Assembly (NCBI GenBank): GCA_977020255.1
Contig: CDROCS010001101.1
Coordinates: 310,001-374,000 of the forward strand
Direction of reading: 5' to 3'
Length of the DNA: 64,000 nt
Origin: Obrimoposthia wandeli
Taxonomy: Eukaryota
The position numbers were made by a program, and so were the translations under genes. Positions 1 to 7,637 of this stretch are shown piece by piece; positions within the stretch are counted from its first letter, which is position 1, and each line of letters begins with the position of its first letter. The notes beneath the pieces are model-generated. The model had not been told where the DNA came from. It ran no database searches and saw only the letters and a program-made list of their open reading frames with translations.

Positions 1-422
1 TGAAAGAAATACTCTTTCGCGCAGCGGTTCGCGTAAAAGTGCCATTGGTATTGGTCGCAAACCATTGGATACGAGTCCCTGCGTCTCCATATATTTCAAT
101 GACCCAGGTACCATCAGGCTTTGATGTGGCAGATGATCACATTGTATTGAAAGTTGCTAAAGACGATCTGGTTATTACTTCTGACATTCCATTAGCCGCC
201 GAAGTTATCGAAAAAGGCGCACATGTGATCACGTCTCGTGGTGAAAAATACACGTTGAGTAATATTCGAGAGCGTCTTAATATGCGGGACTTTATGGATA
301 CGATGCGGGCAAGTGGTGAAAATACTGGGGGTCCACCAGCGTTAGGACCAAAAGATAAACAAGCATTTGGTAATGCGCTTGATCAATATCTTGCCAAGTA
401 CGCCAACAAAAGCAATGCGTAA
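1..422 (+). CDS. yaiI: YaiI/YqxD (DUF188, UPF0178) family protein, 5'-truncated by window edge
   Basis: Frame is open from base 3 ([20 protein letters not shown]...), so the real start is upstream of the window. Motifs [17 protein letters not shown] and [19 protein letters not shown] are typical of DUF188. Confidence 0.88.
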   Translation, partial: KEILFRAAVRVKVPLVLVANHWIRVPASPYISMTQVPSGFDVADDHIVLKVAKDDLVITSDIPLAAEVIEKGAHVITSRGEKYTLSNIRERLNMRDFMDTMRASGENTGGPPALGPKDKQAFGNALDQYLAKYANKSNA

Positions 423-445
423 TCATCCTGTACACTAAATCATTT

Positions 446-480
446 ATCTATAACAACCATCTATAGCAACCACCTATAGA
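446..480. repeat. Short degenerate 13-nt tandem repeat, about 2.7 copies
   Basis: atctataacaacc / atctatagcaacc / acctataga read directly in the yaiI-NYN intergenic region. Confidence 0.7.
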
Positions 481-503
481 AACGATGTAAACCGGAGCAG
501 CTT

Positions 504-977
504 GTGCAAAAAATAGCAGTGTTTGTTGACGTACAGAATATCTATTACACCACGCGTCAGAGTTATGGCCGTCAGTTTAATTATCGCAAGCTATGGCAGC
601 ATTTATTGCTACAAGGCGATGTTGTCACGGCTTACGCTTATGCCATTGATCGCGGTGATGATCAACAACGAAAATTTCAAGACGCACTGAAACATATTGG
701 CTTTGATGTAAAACTAAAGCCTTTTATCCAGCGTAGCGATGGCAGTGCCAAGGGTGATTGGGATGTAGGTATCACGATCGATGTATTACAAGTTGCAGAA
801 TCCGTTGATACCGTTGTATTACTTTCAGGCGATGGTGACTTTGCAATCTTACTCGATACGATCAAAGCACGTCATCAAGTCAGAGCTGAAGTATATGGCG
901 TACCGGCACTAACAGCGAATGCATTAATGAATAGTGCGACGGTGTTCAATCCAATTAATGAAGATTTTCTACTGTAG
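504..977 (+). CDS. NYN domain (LabA/DUF88) PIN-fold protein
   Basis: Motifs FVDVQN, KGDWDVGITID and LLSGDGDF. GTG start preceded by GGAG. Confidence 0.9.
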   Translation: MQKIAVFVDVQNIYYTTRQSYGRQFNYRKLWQHLLLQGDVVTAYAYAIDRGDDQQRKFQDALKHIGFDVKLKPFIQRSDGSAKGDWDVGITIDVLQVAESVDTVVLLSGDGDFAILLDTIKARHQVRAEVYGVPALTANALMNSATVFNPINEDFLL

Positions 978-1046
978 GTTTTAAATTGTAGATTGCCATT
1001 AACGCAAGCATTACGGACCACATATAAGCGTATTACAGATTGTTAG

Positions 1047-1080
1047 ATTCACGTTTTTTCTACAAATTGAATGTTAAATT
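1047..1080 (+). promoter_or_regulatory. Predicted gtrA promoter: OmpR/PhoB-type direct repeat plus extended -10
   Basis: TTCAC(1048-52)-N6-TCTAC(1059-63) lies at -39..-24 relative to TG-T-TAAATT (1072-80). Confidence 0.55.
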
Positions 1081-1111
1081 GGCTATTTACACAACTCACA
1101 GTCTAAAAAAT

Positions 1112-1501
1112 ATGAATCACAAGTATGTTAAATTTGCGCTGGTCGGTGGTATGGGGTTTATCGTCGATTTGTTGGCGATGATATTATTTTCAACATTCCT
1201 CCCATTATTAAGCGCTCGATTACTCGCATTTTTTTTTGCCGTAAACAGTAACTGGCTTTTAAATCGCAGTTTCACATTTAAAACTCAACAAGAGAATAGT
1301 AACGGCAGTTTGATGCAAGAGTGGAGTAAGTTTCTATCTGCATCTTGCGTTGGCGCAATTCCAAATCTGCTTTGCTATTGGTTATTAGTTACTGGGCTGT
1401 CACTCACAGGTAATACCGCGATCATCGCGATTATTCCGGGTATTATATTTGGCATGCTCGTTAATTACTTACTGGCAGACCGTTGGGTATTTAGTAAGTA
1501 A
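1112..1501 (+). CDS. GtrA family undecaprenyl-phosphate-sugar flippase
   Basis: KFALVGGMGFIVD, WLLNRSFTF and YLLADRWVF motifs with 4 hydrophobic segments. ATG 1112 is preferred over the track's TTG 1040 because the predicted promoter lies at 1047-1080. Confidence 0.88.
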   Translation: MNHKYVKFALVGGMGFIVDLLAMILFSTFLPLLSARLLAFFFAVNSNWLLNRSFTFKTQQENSNGSLMQEWSKFLSASCVGAIPNLLCYWLLVTGLSLTGNTAIIAIIPGIIFGMLVNYLLADRWVFSK

Positions 1502-1531
1502 TTAACTACTCTGACGGTATTATCAGTCGTA

Positions 1532-2785
1532 CTACAGAGATATAATGGCGCTACAGCCACCAGCGTCATTGTTTACCAGCTCAAATTGCCAGTTATATTT
1601 ACGGCAAATATCTCTAGTAATAAGTAATCCCAAGCCATGCCCTTCATCACCACGTTGCTTATGATAAAGGCCGCAGCCCGTGTCGTTCACTGAGATTGAT
1701 TGAGCATCAACAACAATATTGACCTCGCCAAGGCTTGTGCACCTAAACGCATTTTTTAATAAATTGCCCAATAAGAGCTTAAACGCAACTTCGGGCATTA
1801 TTATTTCAATATCCTGCTTTATCTCAATGTTAACAACAACAGGTTTGGTATTTAATAAGGCACTATGGGTATCAACAATTGCCATTATTTCTGCTTTACT
1901 GAGCTTGCGATGGGACAGTTCTAAATCTTTTTCAGATTTTGTTAAGGATAACAGCGCCTCTATAAAGTCATTCATTTCATTTGTAGCACTTTGTAAACGC
2001 GTTTGCTGTTTTTTAATAAATTCAGGTTCATTACTGTAGCTCAGCAAATTGGTAGCGCCCTTCATGACCATGAGTGGCGTACGCAATTCATGGCTCGCCA
2101 TACGATTAAAGGCACGTTCTCGTTCGATTAACGCGTTTTTCTGTTGTTGATTCTTATTATAACTATCAACAAGCTGAAGCAGTTCTTTAGTAGCGATACC
2201 CGGTGGTAACTCAATATCACTAGTATCATCCGGTGAGCGACTTGCTATTTGTTTAGCAAACACAGAGATGGGAGCCGTTAAGCGTTCAGAGATCCGCATA
2301 ACAACGAGTAGCGCAATCAGTAAAAGTACCAATGAAATCAAAGATTGCCATGATTGAGTCCACATGATCTCTTCTTCACCGAGTTCAAACGCAGGATCAT
2401 TATGGACAACATAAATAAACTGTTCTTGTTTATTCGAAGTTGCTAGTTTCATCAAAAAGAATTCTGTACCTAAAGAATTACTTTGCTGGATCTCGATAGC
2501 TTCATCAATAGGCAAAAATATATTTTCATCCACGAGATCAGGCAATGTCACACGGTCCATATAACCAGTCGTAAACTCATCAATTTTAAACGAGCGGCTT
2601 TCCTGACTCAGTTTTGACTTTTCAACAATAGATTCTTTTTGTAACAAGAGTCTATTTTGAATACTTAATTTCTCAATACTTTCCAACGTAGAATCAAGTA
2701 CGGTCCCGTGGATCAAGATGATCACAAACGCGACAATTGAAAAATAAATAAATGTAAGCTGTTTAGCCGAATGTACCTTCGCCAT
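1532..2785 (-). CDS. Sensor histidine kinase, ColS-like (TM-periplasm-TM-HAMP-HisKA-HATPase)
   Basis: H-box FNRMASHELRTPL, N-box GNLLKNA, G1 DTGCG, G2 GHGLGL, two TM segments, and periplasmic FELGE before TM2. Confidence 0.88.
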   Translation of the reverse strand: MAKVHSAKQLTFIYFSIVAFVIILIHGTVLDSTLESIEKLSIQNRLLLQKESIVEKSKLSQESRSFKIDEFTTGYMDRVTLPDLVDENIFLPIDEAIEIQQSNSLGTEFFLMKLATSNKQEQFIYVVHNDPAFELGEEEIMWTQSWQSLISLVLLLIALLVVMRISERLTAPISVFAKQIASRSPDDTSDIELPPGIATKELLQLVDSYNKNQQQKNALIERERAFNRMASHELRTPLMVMKGATNLLSYSNEPEFIKKQQTRLQSATNEMNDFIEALLSLTKSEKDLELSHRKLSKAEIMAIVDTHSALLNTKPVVVNIEIKQDIEIIMPEVAFKLLLGNLLKNAFRCTSLGEVNIVVDAQSISVNDTGCGLYHKQRGDEGHGLGLLITRDICRKYNWQFELVNNDAGGCSAIISL

Positions 2786-2799
2786 ATTGAACCCTAAGT

Positions 2800-3477
2800 T
2801 TAACGATTTACAGAGACAAGTTGATAACCAATTTTTGATAGGGTTTTAATATAGTGCTGCTGAAAAGGCTTATCAACTTGGTTACGTAATTGGTAAATAT
2901 GACTACGAAGAATATCGCCTTCTGGTTCATCCTCGCCCCAAATGGCATTAATTATTTCATTTTTAGTGACAATTTCTGGGGTTCTCATCATGAGTAATTT
3001 TAATATCGTAAATTGAGTAGGATTAAGCTCAAAATTACAACCATTACGAGAGGCTATATGGGTTTTTAAATCGAGTGATAATTCTTCAAACGATAGGATT
3101 TTAGCCGCATTTTTACCACTACGTCGGCGATGTAGTGCTTGAATTCGAGCACCTAGAATATCAAGATCAAATGGTTTAATAAGGTAATCATCAGCACCAC
3201 AATCAAAACCTGCCAGTGTATCTTCACGGGTATCACGTGCGGTTAACATTAAGATAGGCGTGTCATCACCCTGCTCTCTTAGTTTTTGACAGACTGTGAG
3301 TCCATCCATACGGGGCATTTGAACATCCAAAATGATTAAATCATAATAATTGTTACTCGCAAGTTCATAACCCTGAACACCATCCTGTGCATAATCTAAG
3401 GTGTAACCTTTGATTTCAAAAAAATCAAAAATGATCCCCGCTATATCTTGATGATCTTCAACTAACAATATTTTCAT
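2800..3477 (-). CDS. OmpR-family response regulator, ColR-like
   Basis: MKILLVED, LIILD, MLTARD and GADDYLIKPF. The C-terminus LNP...WGEDEPEGDILRSHIYQLRNQVDKPF closely resembles ColR as I recall it. Confidence 0.92.
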   Translation of the reverse strand: MKILLVEDHQDIAGIIFDFFEIKGYTLDYAQDGVQGYELASNNYYDLIILDVQMPRMDGLTVCQKLREQGDDTPILMLTARDTREDTLAGFDCGADDYLIKPFDLDILGARIQALHRRRSGKNAAKILSFEELSLDLKTHIASRNGCNFELNPTQFTILKLLMMRTPEIVTKNEIINAIWGEDEPEGDILRSHIYQLRNQVDKPFQQHYIKTLSKIGYQLVSVNR

Positions 3478-3510
3478 AATAGCTTAACCCAATAAATTGA
3501 TTACACCTTT

Positions 3511-3563
3511 ATTATGCCAAATACCATGTCGAATTAATGTAAAAATGTAAAAAACTTGTCGAA
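3511..3563 (-). promoter_or_regulatory. Predicted autoregulated promoter of the RR-HK operon with two direct-repeat boxes
   Basis: Minus strand: TCGAC-N6-TTTAC (3562-3547), then TTTAC-N6-TCGAC (3543-3528, at -39..-24), then TG-G-CATAAT (3519-3511). Confidence 0.55.
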
Positions 3564-3571
3564 AACATTTA

Positions 3572-3608
3572 TTCCACATGACCTTCACTAAAATGAGCAT
3601 ATTAGAAT
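3572..3608 (+). promoter_or_regulatory. Predicted promoter of the GT2-ArnT operon with a direct-repeat box
   Basis: TCCAC(3573-77)-N6-TTCAC(3584-88) upstream of TAGAAT (3603-08). Confidence 0.5.
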
Positions 3609-3626
3609 CCACTTCGGAATTTTCAT

Positions 3627-4718
3627 ATGCCAGCCAGTATTACATCCATTACAGAGCATCGCGATGTCCTTAAAGCCAAAACAACGCCTTTATTGTCTAT
3701 CGTCATTCCGTTTTTCAATGAAGATGAAGTGCTAAGCGAATGTCACCAACGGGTTGTCGCTGTACTTGATACATTATCTGAACCGTGCGAAATCATTTAT
3801 GTGGATGACGGCAGCAGTGATAAATCATGGGCACAAGTAATCAATTTCACAGCCAATAATCATACCGTACGCTGTATTAAACTGAGTCGTAATTTTGGTA
3901 AAGAATCAGCGATGACAGCAGGCATGATAAATACAACGGCTCGCGCTGTTATCTTACTCGACGCAGATTTACAAGATCCACCAGAACTCATCCCTGAAAT
4001 GGTTAGTGAATGGGAAAATGGCTATGATGTCGTTAACATGCAACGTAAACAGCGTCATGGTGAAAATTGGCTGAAACGTTCAACAGCCTATCTATTTTAT
4101 AAAGTCATTAATCGTTTAGCTGATATTGAGATGCCACGTAATGTAGGAGACTTTAGATTATTAGATCGTAAGGTCGTTGATGTGATTAACGCATTGCCAG
4201 AACGTAATCGTTTTATGAAGGGCTTACTTTCATGGCCTGGATTTAATACTTGTACGCTGCAATTTGATCGTGACGCCCGTCAAGCTGGTACCACTAAATG
4301 GAACTACGCAAAACTGATCCATCTTGCATTTGAAGGGATCACATCTTTTAGTATTCGACCATTACGTATCGCTACAGCCGCAGGTCTAGTTGCCTCTGTA
4401 ATATCTGTAATGATGGCGATTTTCCTTGTCAGTAAAACACTGTTCTGGGGTGATCCTGTAGCTGGTTACCCCTCATTAATGACCGTAGTGCTATTACTTG
4501 GTGGTATGCAGCTGTTATCTATTGGTTTAATGGGTGAGTATGTGGGCCGCTTATTTATCGAATCAAAACAACGTCCTAACTTTGTTGTCATGAATGAAAG
4601 TTGTACCACGCCAAATGTAAACGTCACCTCGCATAATCATGTTAACCAAAGCATTCATCAAAGTACCTATCAAACACATAACGCAAACTTTAAACAAGGC
4701 TCGTCTTCACATGTCTAA
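3627..4718 (+). CDS. GT2 polyprenol-phosphate glycosyltransferase (GtrB/ArnC/YfdH-like)
   Basis: SIVIPFFNE, YVDDGSSD, LSRNFGKESA, LDADLQDPP, GDFRLLDR, RFMKGL and two C-terminal TM helices followed by GEYVGR. Confidence 0.93.
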   Translation: MPASITSITEHRDVLKAKTTPLLSIVIPFFNEDEVLSECHQRVVAVLDTLSEPCEIIYVDDGSSDKSWAQVINFTANNHTVRCIKLSRNFGKESAMTAGMINTTARAVILLDADLQDPPELIPEMVSEWENGYDVVNMQRKQRHGENWLKRSTAYLFYKVINRLADIEMPRNVGDFRLLDRKVVDVINALPERNRFMKGLLSWPGFNTCTLQFDRDARQAGTTKWNYAKLIHLAFEGITSFSIRPLRIATAAGLVASVISVMMAIFLVSKTLFWGDPVAGYPSLMTVVLLLGGMQLLSIGLMGEYVGRLFIESKQRPNFVVMNESCTTPNVNVTSHNHVNQSIHQSTYQTHNANFKQGSSSHV

Positions 4719-6189
4719 AGCAGTAAATCATTTATCTTTAACCAAAATAGCCATCACCTTAGTGGTGACAGCAATCGCGATCAGATTATTTACCCTTGGT
4801 TTTTTTCCGCTCATGGATACTACCGAGGCTCGGTATGGCGAAATGGCCAGGATCATGGCTGAAACTGGTAACTGGATCACACCAATGTTCGATTACAACG
4901 TACCATTTTGGGGGAAACCACCATTATTTACTTGGATGAGCGCGGCGGGTATTTCGATATTTGGATTAAACGAATTTGCAGTTCGGATCCCACACCTACT
5001 CGCAGGTGGATTAATATTATCACTCGTTGGTTTACTCGCTTATAGCATAGTACCATCACTAAGCCGTTTAGAACGAAAGCAAGAAGGCTGGTTAGCTGCT
5101 GGTATCTTAGCGACAACAGCGACCTTTATTGTGGTCACTGGTGCTGTGATGACTGACACTGCCCTCACGTTAGGTATTACCCTTAGCATGGTTGCATTTT
5201 GGCTGAACTATAAAAATAAATCAGCCTTATGGGGACATTTATTTTTTATTGGTCTGACAATCGGTATGTTAGCAAAGGGACCTCTCGCATTAGTCTTGAT
5301 TGGTATAAGCTTATTTATATGGGCGCTGTTTAATAAAACGTGGATGAGCATGTTCCGTAGTTTACCCTGGAAAACCGGTATTCCACTGTTTCTTGCAACC
5401 AGCTTACCTTGGTATATCATCGCAGAATATTCATCTCCGGGTTTCCTTAACTACTTTATCGTTGGCGAGCATATCAAACGTTTCCTCGTGAGCGGCTGGC
5501 AAGGTGATTTATACGGTACAGCACACAAAGAGATCAAAGGGACAATCTGGGTATTTGCGATTGTGTCTGCCCTACCTTGGACGCCTATATTTATTTACCA
5601 ATGGGTTAAAAGTTTACAGATAACCATCAACACGAAGCGTGACTCAAAAGTACAAGAAGAAGACGATAGCATTGAGCTTAACTATACGAGTTTTTTGTGG
5701 GCTTGGTTATTATCACCACTATTACTATTTACATTTAGTGGCAATATTCTTTCGAGTTATGTGATGCCTTGCTTACCGGCGTTTGCTTTATTGATGGTGA
5801 CTTACCAGCGTAACAACCCATTATCGAGTAAAGTATATAAAACAGGGTTTATTGCACCGGTATTAATTTTGATTATTGCTATCTTATTACGTACTGAAAT
5901 AACGAGTAAACAGTCTGAAAAAGGCTTGATGCAAGCTTGGTCAAAACAAGCTCAGAATAGCGAGTTAATCTATATAGACAAACGACCATTCTCAGCTCAA
6001 TTTTATTCTCGAGGCGTCGCAGTTGAACGTAAAATAAAACTCGAAGTTGCAGTACAAGACATCACTAAAGACACCTATTTTGTTATACGTAAATCAAACG
6101 AAACGAAATTTTTAATCAAGAGCTTACCACAGTGTAAACTTATCAAAGAAGCGAAAAAACGTGTACTGGTATTCTGTACCGCACGTTAA
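4711..6189 (+). CDS. ArnT/PMT-like (GT-C fold) lipid-carrier-dependent glycosyltransferase
   Basis: DTTEARYGEMARIMAETGNWITP, FWGKPPL and LAKGP motifs, many TM segments. ATG 4711 overlaps the GT2 stop and is preferred to the track start at 4639. Confidence 0.9.
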   Translation: MSKAVNHLSLTKIAITLVVTAIAIRLFTLGFFPLMDTTEARYGEMARIMAETGNWITPMFDYNVPFWGKPPLFTWMSAAGISIFGLNEFAVRIPHLLAGGLILSLVGLLAYSIVPSLSRLERKQEGWLAAGILATTATFIVVTGAVMTDTALTLGITLSMVAFWLNYKNKSALWGHLFFIGLTIGMLAKGPLALVLIGISLFIWALFNKTWMSMFRSLPWKTGIPLFLATSLPWYIIAEYSSPGFLNYFIVGEHIKRFLVSGWQGDLYGTAHKEIKGTIWVFAIVSALPWTPIFIYQWVKSLQITINTKRDSKVQEEDDSIELNYTSFLWAWLLSPLLLFTFSGNILSSYVMPCLPAFALLMVTYQRNNPLSSKVYKTGFIAPVLILIIAILLRTEITSKQSEKGLMQAWSKQAQNSELIYIDKRPFSAQFYSRGVAVERKIKLEVAVQDITKDTYFVIRKSNETKFLIKSLPQCKLIKEAKKRVLVFCTAR

Positions 6190-6257
6190 TGATAATTCAT
6201 ATCCGTGATAGCTAGTCATTAAGCTATTCACAAGATTTCCATTAATAGCATCACCTG

Positions 6258-6297
6258 ATGCAAGTTAGTGATATACACTAACTTGCATTTTTTGTTT
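6258..6297 (+). terminator. Intrinsic terminator of the GT2-ArnT operon
   Basis: Perfect 13-bp stem atgcaagttagtg/cactaacttgcat followed by a T-rich tract. Confidence 0.8.
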
Positions 6298-6375
6298 AAA
6301 ATTCACTATATAGCATGATATGAAAGGCTTAAATAACCTACACTAGTAAGATACATAACTTACTGAGTAGCCTAT

Positions 6376-7281
6376 ATGCATATATTAATTACGGGAGGTA
6401 CTGGCTTCATCGGCCAAGCATTTATTAATACCTTCCAGTCTGATTATGATTTTACCGTATTAACTCGTAATATCAGTAACGCCAAACGTACATTTGCACA
6501 TATACCGAGTCATAACATAAAGTTCATCACGCAATTTAATGAATTACCAGATGAAATCCATATCGATGCAGTCATCAATCTAGCTGGTTCACCTATTATG
6601 GATAAAATGTGGAGCGACAAACACAAACATGTTCTGGAATCGAGTCGTTGGGAAATAACCCAACAGCTGGTTGATTTAATATCAGCCAAGACAATCACGC
6701 CAAGCGTATTTATCAGTGGTTCAGCCATTGGTATTTACGGTCGTCAAGATGATCAGATTATTGATGAACAATACCAAGATTACCACCCAGAATACTCTAG
6801 CCACTTGTGCGAACATTGGGAAGAAACAGCTCGAGCAGCCAGCCCGTTAACCCGTACCGCAATAATGAGAACAGGCATTGTATTGGCTAAAGATAAAGGC
6901 GCTTTACAAAAAATGGCCTTGCCGTTTAAATTAGGACTTGGTGGCCCTATCGGGCAAGGGAAGCAATATATGTCTTGGATACATATTGATGATATGGTCT
7001 CAGCAATGAATTATTTATTACAAAACAATTCGCTCTCTGGCACATTTAATCTTACCGCACCAAACGCTGTCACCAATCGTGATTTTTCAACTCAATTGGC
7101 CGCTTGCTTTGATAAAAAAGCACGTTTCACAACGCCAACACTGGTATTACGTTTATTACTCGGCGAGCGTGCGGACCTGATTATTTATGGGCAACGTGTC
7201 ATACCAACACACCTAGTAGATTCAGGTTTTAAATTTAAGTATGATACGTTAGACCAAGCATTCTCAGAAATTTATGCTTAA
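6376..7281 (+). CDS. yfcH: TIGR01777 family NAD-dependent epimerase/oxidoreductase (DUF1731)
   Basis: ILITGGTGFIG, VINLAG, FISGSAIG, GPIGQGKQYMSWIHIDD, FNLTAP. Confidence 0.92.
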   Translation: MHILITGGTGFIGQAFINTFQSDYDFTVLTRNISNAKRTFAHIPSHNIKFITQFNELPDEIHIDAVINLAGSPIMDKMWSDKHKHVLESSRWEITQQLVDLISAKTITPSVFISGSAIGIYGRQDDQIIDEQYQDYHPEYSSHLCEHWEETARAASPLTRTAIMRTGIVLAKDKGALQKMALPFKLGLGGPIGQGKQYMSWIHIDDMVSAMNYLLQNNSLSGTFNLTAPNAVTNRDFSTQLAACFDKKARFTTPTLVLRLLLGERADLIIYGQRVIPTHLVDSGFKFKYDTLDQAFSEIYA

Positions 7282-7619
7282 TACTCACGCTTTCTTGCTA
7301 GTCTAATTGCGTCGAATATATTCACTAACCAGACACAAAGTAACATAACAGTGGCATAGTAAACACCTTGAGTATCAAGACTTGCCATCTGTTGTGTCAC
7401 CAATGTATTTATACTCAGTACATCAATCTGCCCGCCAGACTGCAGCACCTTATCGATGATTAATTGTGTTTGTGTCATGGTGACATCTATAATCACATAG
7501 AGCGGTATCACGGCTGCAATTGCAAATACACCTGCCAGTATATATCGCTTTAACCACCAATGTGCCGCACCAGGAAACAAGAACGCAGCCAACAGACCTG
7601 CTTTAACAATATTACTCAT
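7278..7619 (-). CDS. Small conserved membrane protein (DUF6677-like)
   Basis: AAFLFPGAAHWWLKRY start, three hydrophobic segments, NIFDA end. Confidence 0.7.
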   Translation of the reverse strand: MSNIVKAGLLAAFLFPGAAHWWLKRYILAGVFAIAAVIPLYVIIDVTMTQTQLIIDKVLQSGGQIDVLSINTLVTQQMASLDTQGVYYATVMLLCVWLVNIFDAIRLARKREY

Positions 7620-7637
7620 AAACCATCCTAAATGAAT

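Noticed and set aside
1040-1111. Extended N-termini given by the ORF track (also 4639, 9259, 19393, 34537, 53997, 61424)
   Set aside because: Homology begins at downstream ATGs that have better SD sequences or coupling; the extensions overlap promoters or neighbouring genes
7278-7637. Frameshifted remnant of the ComEC beta-lactamase domain
   Set aside because: The region is occupied by an intact small membrane gene, and I saw no DVGQG or HxHxDH-like sequence
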